IMG/VR virus record: IMGVR_UViG_3300042892_001926
Coordinates: 1 to 52,688 of that record
Length of the DNA: 52,688 nucleotides
DNA from: a virus
Taxonomy: Duplodnaviria > Caudoviricetes
Reading direction: 5' to 3' (one strand)
In this document: in pieces, positions 8,943 to 16,824 of the stretch
Layout of the letters: every line of letters begins with the position of its first letter
How positions within the stretch are numbered: position 1 is the first letter of the stretch
Notes under the pieces: generated by a model
The model's input: only the letters and a program-made list of their open reading frames with translations
Databases searched by the model: none
Told to the model about the DNA's origin: nothing
Program-made: the position numbers and the translations under genes

Positions 8943-8972
8943 ATTATATATCAGTTTAGACACTGATGTCAA
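8943..8972 (-). promoter_or_regulatory. Sigma70-type promoter with a palindrome in the spacer
   Basis: TTGACA-N18-TATAAT; ATCAGT-N6-ACTGAT at 8950-8967. Confidence 0.7.
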
Positions 8973-8998
8973 TGGATTTTGATTAAAAATGAAAAATA

Positions 8999-9709
8999 TC
9001 AACTCCAATACTTGGATGAATCCAATTTATCCCAATATGCTTTGTTGTTTCTGTTGACAAAGTTTTTTACCAGATATTTTCCCATACCTAGATAGCCCAT
9101 CTTTTTAAATCTGCGACTATCTTGTCCAAAGTAATGTCTTACAATTTTGAACTTTCTCGGACTATACTTTCGTGACAAGAAGTAGTCCTCGCTGGTTGAA
9201 AAATTTTCAGGGAAGCCACCAAACTCTTCAAAACGATCTCTGCGTGTCAGCATGAACGCTCCTACAGCAAAGGGTGAGAAATATTTCAATGTGTGATTGA
9301 TTACATTAAATGCAGTAAATCCAATTTTTGCTCGTACGTCATTGTCGTAGCATTTGATGTTCAAACCAACTAGATCCAAGTTCTTAGACTCAATTAAATC
9401 AACAGCATCCTGAATAACAGTGTTCTTGAAGAAACGTACATCGGCATCAATGAATAGGATATAAGGCGTAGTAACTAATTTGGCTCCGTTGTTCTTGGCA
9501 ATGGACACAGGTCCTCCGTCAATGACATCAACATTTAAACTTCCCTTCATTATTTCGATAACTTCTCGAGTGTTATCTGTAGAACAGTCAGCAATGATAA
9601 TTCTAGTGTTGCCTATTCTTTGCTGACGCAAATGCATTAACAAATGTGCTATGTAGTGTTCCTCATTCTTGCAAGGAACCACAATGGTAATTTTATCACT
9701 GAGTTTCAT
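8999..9709 (-). CDS. Family 2 glycosyltransferase
   Basis: IVVPCKNEE, DCSTD, FIDAD (DxD), GGF...ED motifs; ATGA overlap with the upstream small gene. Confidence 0.9.
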   Translation of the reverse strand: MKLSDKITIVVPCKNEEHYIAHLLMHLRQQRIGNTRIIIADCSTDNTREVIEIMKGSLNVDVIDGGPVSIAKNNGAKLVTTPYILFIDADVRFFKNTVIQDAVDLIESKNLDLVGLNIKCYDNDVRAKIGFTAFNVINHTLKYFSPFAVGAFMLTRRDRFEEFGGFPENFSTSEDYFLSRKYSPRKFKIVRHYFGQDSRRFKKMGYLGMGKYLVKNFVNRNNKAYWDKLDSSKYWS

Positions 9710-9876
9710 TTTTTTACACACCTTCCTTCGATCTTAAATTGACTAAATTTTAGCCAGTATGTCATAGTTTGTAAACTTTGTTCACAGGCTGCTCGGTCCT
9801 GAAACGTCAGTTCCACTCGTCCCGGCACGTCTCTTGGATCGTTTAAGTGAACTGCCAGTATTATCAATGTCCACAT
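9706..9876 (-). CDS. Small protein with hydrophobic N-terminus and two Cys (56 aa)
   Basis: MWTLIILAVHLNDPRDVPGRVELTFQDRAACEQSLQTMTYWLKFSQFKIEGRCVKK*; its stop overlaps the GT2 start; absent from the ORF track. Confidence 0.6.
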   Translation of the reverse strand: MWTLIILAVHLNDPRDVPGRVELTFQDRAACEQSLQTMTYWLKFSQFKIEGRCVKK

Positions 9877-10627
9877 CGTCATGCTCCTTGGTCCATGTTA
9901 CAATTTCCCAGCGTCCGTCCCAGTGTTCAACTAGTGCGGTACACGACTCGACCCAGTCACCGTCATTCATATACATTACACCGTCTATCTCTTTTATCTC
10001 TGCGTGATGTATGTGTCCACAGATGACTCCATCGAATCCACGCTTCTTGCAGTAGCCAGCAAGATTCTTTTCAAACTGAAACATAAAGTCAACTGCTCGT
10101 TTAACTTTGTATTTGAGATACTTGCTCAAGCTCCAATAACCAAATCCCATCTTGTGACGTATCCAGTTGAACCTGCCGTTTAGATATAGCACAAAGTCAT
10201 ACGCCCTGTCGCCTAAAAACCCCAACCACGGCGCTAGTCGAGTAATGCCGTCAAACAGGTCTCCGTGTGTGACTAGATAGTGTTTACCGTCAGCACCTAT
10301 GTGTTCTATTTGATTGTGTATTTCTACTAGACCGAAACTAAACCCATATGGCATTATTGGTCTTAAGAATTCATCGTGATTGCCTGCTATGTAGATTACT
10401 CTAGTACCACGCTTGGCATGTCCCAGTACTCTACGTACTACATTGGTATGGCTTTGTTTCCAACGCCATTTGTTTTGTTGTATCTTCCATGCATCAATTA
10501 TATCGCCCACTAGATATAATGTATCACATGTGTTGTGTTTGAGAAAGTTATTTAACTTATCCGCTTGGCAGTCTTTAGTACCAAGATGAACATCACTAAC
10601 AAAGATTGAACGATAAGTTTTATTCAT
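9782..10627 (-). CDS. plcP: PlcP-like metallophosphoesterase (phospholipase C; LpxH-related family)
   Basis: SDVHLG, GDIID, GNHD, HGD, GHIH, NDGDWVES motifs. GNHD rather than the GNRD of LpxH; sits between pstS and a glycosyltransferase. Confidence 0.7.
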   Translation of the reverse strand: MNKTYRSIFVSDVHLGTKDCQADKLNNFLKHNTCDTLYLVGDIIDAWKIQQNKWRWKQSHTNVVRRVLGHAKRGTRVIYIAGNHDEFLRPIMPYGFSFGLVEIHNQIEHIGADGKHYLVTHGDLFDGITRLAPWLGFLGDRAYDFVLYLNGRFNWIRHKMGFGYWSLSKYLKYKVKRAVDFMFQFEKNLAGYCKKRGFDGVICGHIHHAEIKEIDGVMYMNDGDWVESCTALVEHWDGRWEIVTWTKEHDDVDIDNTGSSLKRSKRRAGTSGTDVSGPSSL

Positions 10628-10686
10628 AATGGTACCAGTAAAGTGCTGGTTACGAGGTCCAGCGCCACTCTATCGTTGTGGTCGAT

Positions 10687-11691
10687 TTACTTAATCTGTG
10701 TCCAAACACGTTCACGGATCTGTTTTGTTAGTGCATCTGGTAATGGTACATAATCTAAGTCTACAGCATCTTTCTTGCCATTCTTAAATGCCCAGTCAAA
10801 GAACTTTAGCACTTCATCGCTAGTAGCTTTGTTAGCAGGAGTCTTATACATAATGATAAAACTTGCAGAACTTACTGGCCAAGCATTTGGATTCTTTTGA
10901 TCCACAATACTCAATCCCATACCTGGAACACTGAACCAATCAGCACCATCTGCGGCTGCGGCAAATGTTAAGTCATCTGGACTTACATATCGTCCTGCCT
11001 TGTTTTGTAGTTGTAGGAATGTCATGTTGTTCTTTTTAACATAAGCATACTCTACATAACCAATTGAACCTTTGATTCTGTTCACGTTGGCTGCAACACC
11101 TTCGTTGCCCTTGCCACCTACTGATGTGGCTGCGGGCCACTTGACCGCAGCACCACGGCCTACACGTTGTAACCACTCTGGGCTTACTGTAGCAAGATAG
11201 TCTGTCCAGTTGAATGTTGTACCTGAACCGTCAGCACGGTGTACAATAGTAATAGGCTGATCTGGTAGTTGTTTACCTGGATTCAATGCTGTTAATTTAG
11301 GGTCATTCCACCTAGAGATATTACCCATAAACACTTCAGCCATTACTAGTCCAGTGATACGTAGTTCTCCTGGCTTGAAGCCATCTAGGTTTACTACAGG
11401 AACTGTTCCGCCAATGATAGCAGGGAATTGAACCTGCGCCATCTTGTCCAAGTTCTCGCCGCTTACCGGAGCATCAGTTGCTCCAAAGTCTACTGTTTTT
11501 GCGTTGATTTGACGAATGCCGCCAGATGACCCTATGCTTTGATAGTTCATGCCTGTGCCTGTGGCTTTTTTATATCCTTCTGCCCACTTGGCATAGATAG
11601 GGAATGGGAAAGTAGCACCTGCGCCTGTAATGTCTGCGGCGGATGCCGATACTGCTACAGACGCTAGTAAAATTGCTAATAGTTTTTTCAC
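10687..11691 (-). CDS. pstS: Phosphate ABC transporter substrate-binding protein
   Basis: Signal peptide, GAGATFP, YQSIGSSGG, DFGATD, RADGSGTT, GYVEY; GTG start with AAGGAG RBS. Confidence 0.97.
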   Translation of the reverse strand: MKKLLAILLASVAVSASAADITGAGATFPFPIYAKWAEGYKKATGTGMNYQSIGSSGGIRQINAKTVDFGATDAPVSGENLDKMAQVQFPAIIGGTVPVVNLDGFKPGELRITGLVMAEVFMGNISRWNDPKLTALNPGKQLPDQPITIVHRADGSGTTFNWTDYLATVSPEWLQRVGRGAAVKWPAATSVGGKGNEGVAANVNRIKGSIGYVEYAYVKKNNMTFLQLQNKAGRYVSPDDLTFAAAADGADWFSVPGMGLSIVDQKNPNAWPVSSASFIIMYKTPANKATSDEVLKFFDWAFKNGKKDAVDLDYVPLPDALTKQIRERVWTQIK

Positions 11692-11747
11692 TGTAAGTCT
11701 CCTTCTTGTGTGTGTTAGTTCTTACGCAATTATTTAAGCATATTTGT

Positions 11748-11765
11748 GTTACAGTTTTGTTACAA
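11748..11765 (-). promoter_or_regulatory. Pho box (PhoB-binding direct repeat)
   Basis: TTGTAAC-AAAA-CTGTAAC (7-4-7, 11-bp period, close to CTGTCAT-A(T/A)A(T/A)-CTGT(C/A)A(C/T)), about 10 nt before an AT-rich -10-like element upstream of pstS. Confidence 0.7.
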
Positions 11766-11783
11766 CTACAAGAATTTTTTGTC

Positions 11784-11807
11784 AAAAGAAAACCCGCCGA
11801 AGCGGGT
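11784..11807 (-). terminator. Intrinsic terminator after tmRNA
   Basis: ACCCGC-TTCG-GCGGGT-TTTCTTTT; identical core to 8413-8431. Confidence 0.85.
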
Positions 11808-11809
11808 CC

Positions 11810-12210
11810 TGCTATTTTCTGTTACGAGGTATAACTACCCTAAGCAGTGTTTAGGCTGCTAAAGCGAACTGTGAGTCGTTTGCGTTTACTTTGTTTTGCT
11901 TCTTCGACCAGGTAGAGCGTCTTTCTGTGCTATGAGCACAACGACTACACTTTGCCCCCAATCCTAACGGCTTCTACATTGCCGGACTGTCCATTTCAAT
12001 ACTCTTGACCCAATCGATCCTGTGTCAGGCCCATTATGAAGAAGACTGCGTTCTCAACGCACGGTAGCACGACCTCCATTAAAACCAACTCACATATTTC
12101 AGTGTTTTACGATTCTAATTTTAGTGCTATCATCCTCTTTATGGTGGACCTGGCGGGCACTGCCCCCGCGTCTTGAATCCTTTTCTGTCTACTTCATACA
12201 GTCTTAACTT
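11810..12210 (-). ncRNA. ssrA: Circularly permuted (two-piece) tmRNA
   Basis: The acceptor piece ends GCGGG-GGCAGTG-CCCGC-CAGGTCC-ACCA (CCA end at 12142). The coding piece starts GGGCCTG at 12032 and pairs with it, giving G3:U. The tag at 11851-11883 is ANDSQFALAA*. GACTGT/ACAGTC pairs between the pieces. Outer ends are approximate. Confidence 0.92.
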
Positions 12211-12221
12211 ACAGTATATAT

Positions 12222-13538
12222 TTATTCAGGAGTGTTGTCAACTGTTTCTAATAAATTGGACACATCCGGAATGACTGTTCTCCAATCGGTCTTGCGAGTG
12301 GTATCTAGGTAGTCCATGAAGCGAACAAATTCACCAACAGCAGCGGCGTCGATATCGTGATCCAGCATGTTATGTAAATGTTCCAGTATTAATGTTGCTT
12401 TTGCACTGCCTGCTCGGCGTTGAGAATAATATTCTATCAGTTTCAACTTTGCTGCTCGTGGCAAATTATAAGTTGAATGATGAGCTGGGCCTTCCAAAAA
12501 TCTCACATGAAAGTTTACACCCATGCTTCTGCAAAATTTTTCACTTTCAATAATGCTGTAAACTGTGGCAATCTGAAAACAGGTGGTGATTGACATGAGT
12601 TTTACATTCTTGAATTGTCTCTCGTACTGTTTGAGTTTTTTTATATTTTCTACAAATTTTTCCCATCGGCCGCCTGATCTTATGAGTTCATACTCGGCAC
12701 CTGTGGCATCCATGCTGGCTCTAATATGTACTGCTCGAAAGTGTTGCCACCTTTGAGCAATTTTGTCATTGATTGCGCTACAGTTGGAATCGTATTCCAG
12801 GCGTATGTTTTTTGCATGTCCGTTTGCTATCAACCTATCCAGCATTTCGTCATGTGCTGGTGTTACCATGGGTTCGCCACCAGTGATATAGATATGTCTC
12901 AGTGATCCTGCCATTTGATCAAACTTTGGCCACCAACGTGGATCTTCGAACCAATGCAACTGCGGCGGATCAATCCACTTGTTGGTAGACAAGTCTTTAG
13001 TGATCTTGACCACTGTTCCTTGACCGAATGTGTCTTTTTTGTAATAGTCTACAAATTCGTCGTACCACAAATTACTGAATACAGGATCACACATGATGCA
13101 TTTTTGATTACACAGGTTTCCAAATCTCACATCAAGGCTACTGGGCAACCAATCAACTGACCCGTCTGATGATATTTTGTCCGAGTAATTGTGTTCAGTT
13201 ACTAGATCAGCAGTATCAACGTGTGTCATTAATTGTATTCTTCTACTGCTGTTGGGATGTGTTCGACGTTGTTTTGTCACATGTTCTCTGTGCTCGCAAC
13301 AATCGCAATGCGGACTCCATTCTGTAGGATTGGTCTTGTTAAACAGTCGAACTTCACGATGTTTGTCACTGTTCATTATATCATGCAGATCGTGTGTCAA
13401 TATGTGCATCACATTGCCATCTTTGTCCCTGCATCTCTGCATGTCCAATTCTTTTTTGCTGTTCGATCCTATACTGCAAAGCCTAATGTATCCATCGGGC
13501 AATATGTGTAGTCCGTTCCAGACAGTTTTACAAAACAT
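12222..13538 (-). CDS. Radical SAM protein with N-terminal Cys-rich (twitch/SPASM-like) domain
   Basis: CNQKCIMC, GGEP; N-terminal C...C...CDCC. Confidence 0.88.
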   Translation of the reverse strand: MFCKTVWNGLHILPDGYIRLCSIGSNSKKELDMQRCRDKDGNVMHILTHDLHDIMNSDKHREVRLFNKTNPTEWSPHCDCCEHREHVTKQRRTHPNSSRRIQLMTHVDTADLVTEHNYSDKISSDGSVDWLPSSLDVRFGNLCNQKCIMCDPVFSNLWYDEFVDYYKKDTFGQGTVVKITKDLSTNKWIDPPQLHWFEDPRWWPKFDQMAGSLRHIYITGGEPMVTPAHDEMLDRLIANGHAKNIRLEYDSNCSAINDKIAQRWQHFRAVHIRASMDATGAEYELIRSGGRWEKFVENIKKLKQYERQFKNVKLMSITTCFQIATVYSIIESEKFCRSMGVNFHVRFLEGPAHHSTYNLPRAAKLKLIEYYSQRRAGSAKATLILEHLHNMLDHDIDAAAVGEFVRFMDYLDTTRKTDWRTVIPDVSNLLETVDNTPE

Positions 13539-14080
13539 TATGTTAAATTTTCAAGCAGTGTGTTTTTGATGCTTTCAAACGGCGTATCAACCCATTGCCA
13601 GGTTATGAATCTACGTATGCCGTTGTTGGGAGAATTTACAGAATGTATTTGACTTACATCTAATAGATACAATTCATCTGGTTCTGCGGTAAACTCGCCT
13701 ACCTGTGTCACTTGATCTAGTGAATAAATGTTGGCTACTGTTCTGCCAGGGTACACAAAACCTTGAGCATTTGGTTTTTTGTTGTAAAAATGAGTTGTTG
13801 AACCGTTGGTGTCTAAATAATAATTTGCACATGCAGATATATTGTGATCTATATGCGGCAGCAGATGTCCCGAGCCAGTAATTTCTGCCAACTGAACCTG
13901 AAAGGGTGCAACTGTTCCGTAAAACATTTTTTCTGGCAGCAGGCTTTGAAAATATTCGTAGTCGTTGAGTCGATAATAGGTCAACGTTGGACGTGGTGGC
14001 CTACCAAACGATGTGACCACACTGCCTTTTAGTCTTTCAAAGTCAACATTGGTTAATTTAAATTTGATCTTTTGGAACAT
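13538..14080 (-). CDS. Putative Fe(II)/2OG-type oxygenase
   Basis: PHID...IHSV...RRF. Confidence 0.65.
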   Translation of the reverse strand: MFQKIKFKLTNVDFERLKGSVVTSFGRPPRPTLTYYRLNDYEYFQSLLPEKMFYGTVAPFQVQLAEITGSGHLLPHIDHNISACANYYLDTNGSTTHFYNKKPNAQGFVYPGRTVANIYSLDQVTQVGEFTAEPDELYLLDVSQIHSVNSPNNGIRRFITWQWVDTPFESIKNTLLENLT

Positions 14081-14666
14081 CGTCATCTCTTTCAATTATT
14101 AGGTCTCTGTCTCTCATCCAGCTCACAATTTCTTTCCAGAATTTGTTTTCTAACAAGGCAACTCTTGCGGAAATGGCCCATCGTGGCTCTTCTCCCATGA
14201 TCACAGCATGTGGAATTCCTACTCTGGTCAAAGTCAATTCAGAACCCATGTTACACCTGTCAATCTCTGTAAGTTTATTAATTGGCCAGTTGTAGAATAT
14301 GGTGCCGGCTGCATCCCGTTGTGGAGGTTTTGCATCAATTTTTGGTAGATTGTACCAGGTCATGTCGCAGTCGCTTCCGCCAATTACCCAGTTAAGTCCG
14401 TATGTGGAAATTCTTATAGGATGATGTTTGTGAATATCTATGTGTGCGTTGAAAGTGTTGTATCCAGGTGCTCTATAAAATACCAACGCATCTCCAAATT
14501 CAAAACCTAACAATTTTATTTCTTTGATCCATTGAGGATTAAAAATTTTGCTTGCAGGAACGTCCCATATCCCAAACTTTTTCCCCTGGGGATCGGGAAA
14601 TTTCCAGTCTGGATTGATTGCATTGCTACAATCAATCTTTAATTTGTACCAACAATGTTCTTTCAT
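14058..14666 (-). CDS. Putative Fe(II)/2OG-type oxygenase
   Basis: AHID...PHAV...RWAISAR; tandem paralog of the adjacent gene. Confidence 0.65.
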   Translation of the reverse strand: MKEHCWYKLKIDCSNAINPDWKFPDPQGKKFGIWDVPASKIFNPQWIKEIKLLGFEFGDALVFYRAPGYNTFNAHIDIHKHHPIRISTYGLNWVIGGSDCDMTWYNLPKIDAKPPQRDAAGTIFYNWPINKLTEIDRCNMGSELTLTRVGIPHAVIMGEEPRWAISARVALLENKFWKEIVSWMRDRDLIIERDDDVPKDQI

Positions 14667-15256
14667 AGAGATCTTTCAACTAAAATATTTTTTGAACGCA
14701 TTAGATCGACAACTTTCTCCCAAGGCATATCGTTGGGAATAAATGTTCTTGCAGAGAAACACCACCTAGGTTCTTCGCCCATCACAATAGCATGTGGCAA
14801 GCCTGTTTTTACCAATGTTACCTGTTTGTCAATGTGACATCTTTCAACTTCTTTCAATTCTTTCAAGGGCCAGGATACATAGGGAGTGTTGACACGAGTG
14901 TATGTAATTTTTTCTTTGGCATTAGGTGGCAGTTCATACCACACCATTTCACTGTTTTTGCCGCCTACACACCAGTTTATACCAAAATTGTGAATTCTAA
15001 ATGGCTCTGCTGTGCTAACATCTATGTGTCCATCCACAGTGTGTGCATGTGATCCTCTGTAAAAAATCATAGCATTCACAATAGGAAGCCCAATGGATCC
15101 CATGTAAACCAGCCACTCCTGGTTAAAAATAAGATTGGATGGCGGTTGCCAAACTCCGTATTTGCCAGTTACGTCAAATGTGACACACTGCTGTTTCCAG
15201 TCAGGCTTGAGTGCATTTGATACATCAATGTTCAACCTGTAATAACAATTATTCAT
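14663..15256 (-). CDS. Putative Fe(II)/2OG-type oxygenase
   Basis: GHID...PHAI...RWCFSAR. Confidence 0.65.
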   Translation of the reverse strand: MNNCYYRLNIDVSNALKPDWKQQCVTFDVTGKYGVWQPPSNLIFNQEWLVYMGSIGLPIVNAMIFYRGSHAHTVDGHIDVSTAEPFRIHNFGINWCVGGKNSEMVWYELPPNAKEKITYTRVNTPYVSWPLKELKEVERCHIDKQVTLVKTGLPHAIVMGEEPRWCFSARTFIPNDMPWEKVVDLMRSKNILVERSL

Positions 15257-15890
15257 CACGTATGTATCCTAATCTTGTTAATATATTTTTGCAATTTTTA
15301 AAAGTACGAATACCGTGTTCTCGGTTGAAATTCCATCCAACTACAATTCTTTCTTGGCTGCTGAGATTTCTAACACCGTGCCATTCATGTGTTGCTGTCA
15401 AATATGCATGAGTATTTATTGCATAGGTGTACACCGCAGGAGCCAATGCCGAGTACATTTGGCGTTCTCCAAATTTGTTCAGCTTTGGAATATCATAGTA
15501 TTCTGATACGCATTGATCTGAGCAGCCTGATATTGGAAAATAAATTGCCTCACCTCGCCAACCTCTGTCAATGTGTGGATACATTATTGCTCCAGCAGGA
15601 ATTTTTGTAATAACAGCAGCTTTTTCCATAAATGGCAACAGATCTGAAAAGTGTTGCCATAATGGATCGTTGTCTGCTTCTTCTACTACAAATCCGGCAT
15701 TGTCATGTCCTCTGTCGTATCCAACTCCAGTTTCCCAACTGGCACCTTTGAACCACAATGCCGATGTTGCTGTGCCTGTGTATTTTTCTGGCATGTGCAT
15801 TTCAAAATATTTGAAATACAGTTGTTGCATTGCATTCAGTTGTGTTTCACTGAAATGCAATTTGGCAAACAACTCACTAGCCGGTTTCAT
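15249..15890 (-). CDS. Putative Fe(II)/2OG-type oxygenase (Asp/Asn beta-hydroxylase-like)
   Basis: PHID...WHGVRN...RI. Confidence 0.65.
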   Translation of the reverse strand: MKPASELFAKLHFSETQLNAMQQLYFKYFEMHMPEKYTGTATSALWFKGASWETGVGYDRGHDNAGFVVEEADNDPLWQHFSDLLPFMEKAAVITKIPAGAIMYPHIDRGWRGEAIYFPISGCSDQCVSEYYDIPKLNKFGERQMYSALAPAVYTYAINTHAYLTATHEWHGVRNLSSQERIVVGWNFNREHGIRTFKNCKNILTRLGYIRDE

Positions 15891-16348
15891 ACCAACATTT
15901 TTCCCACAATAACATCTTCGTCGGTATAGCCTAGTCTGTGCAAGATTGGTCTAAAGTCGGGCTCGCCTTTTACATGCCAAGTAATTTTATGTGCATACTT
16001 GCGCATTTCTTGTTCACTGTATTTGATCAATCGAATACCGGTCATGCCCAACCGATGATCCTTGTGTAAAAAAAGCACATCATTGGATGCAACAATTGTT
16101 TCTTTGTAGTGTATGTGTGGTTTCACAAACCACGCACTGTATCCTACCAACATGTTGTCTTCTTCTTCCAGTCTTGCTGTCAGCAGATAGAATTGATTTT
16201 TCTTTTCCATTTGATCATAAAGGTCCCAATCAGGGGCCAATTTGATTTTGTCTTTGTGTTTGGTCAGTTCGTGATAATGGTCTATCAGCATGGGTTCCAT
16301 TTCCGGACGCACTGTCAATACTGGTTCACATTGTAATTTTAATGCCAT
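15887..16348 (-). CDS. GNAT-family acyltransferase
   Basis: LFLHKDHRLGMTGIRLI acetyl-CoA-binding-like motif, RLGY. Confidence 0.7.
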   Translation of the reverse strand: MALKLQCEPVLTVRPEMEPMLIDHYHELTKHKDKIKLAPDWDLYDQMEKKNQFYLLTARLEEEDNMLVGYSAWFVKPHIHYKETIVASNDVLFLHKDHRLGMTGIRLIKYSEQEMRKYAHKITWHVKGEPDFRPILHRLGYTDEDVIVGKMLV

Positions 16349-16362
16349 TTTGTTTCCATTTG

Positions 16363-16824
16363 TTATAGATCTTTTTCCATCCTGTAGTACACAGGTTTCA
16401 TGCCTACTTTAACACAACTGTGTTGTCGAACAATATTATTAACATGTACATAACTGGCTATTTTTTTTGCATTCATACTTTTGATTTGAATTTCAAAATA
16501 CTTGTGCAACAATGTGTATATTCCACGCTTTCTATATTTTTCATCAACTGCACTCAGTATGATCCAGGCAGTTTTAGAAACATCATCTAGCATTTCAAAC
16601 ACAATATGTCCTACTACAATTCCATCTACTTCGGCATAGATAGCCTTGGACCTGTTGTTGCCTACAAGATTATGATGATAATGACCATCTTCAATCAATT
16701 TTGCAAAATTCTTTAGAAAGAATGGAATTAATGGGCCGCCGCCCATGCCTGCACAATACTTGACAGTAACTGTTGAATCTTTATGATCCAGTTCCTTACC
16801 CAACACTATGTCTGTGGTAGCCAT
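16363..16824 (-). CDS. GNAT-family acyltransferase
   Basis: VDEKYRKRGIY motif A, VHVNN...GM. Confidence 0.85.
   Translation of the reverse strand: MATTDIVLGKELDHKDSTVTVKYCAGMGGGPLIPFFLKNFAKLIEDGHYHHNLVGNNRSKAIYAEVDGIVVGHIVFEMLDDVSKTAWIILSAVDEKYRKRGIYTLLHKYFEIQIKSMNAKKIASYVHVNNIVRQHSCVKVGMKPVYYRMEKDL

Noticed and set aside
9782-10627. Lipid A enzyme LpxH
   Set aside because: It has GNHD rather than GNRD, and the pstS/glycosyltransferase/Pho-box context fits PlcP better (not proven).
12142-12170. Stand-alone tRNA-Ala
   Set aside because: There is no anticodon arm; it is the acceptor piece of the permuted tmRNA.
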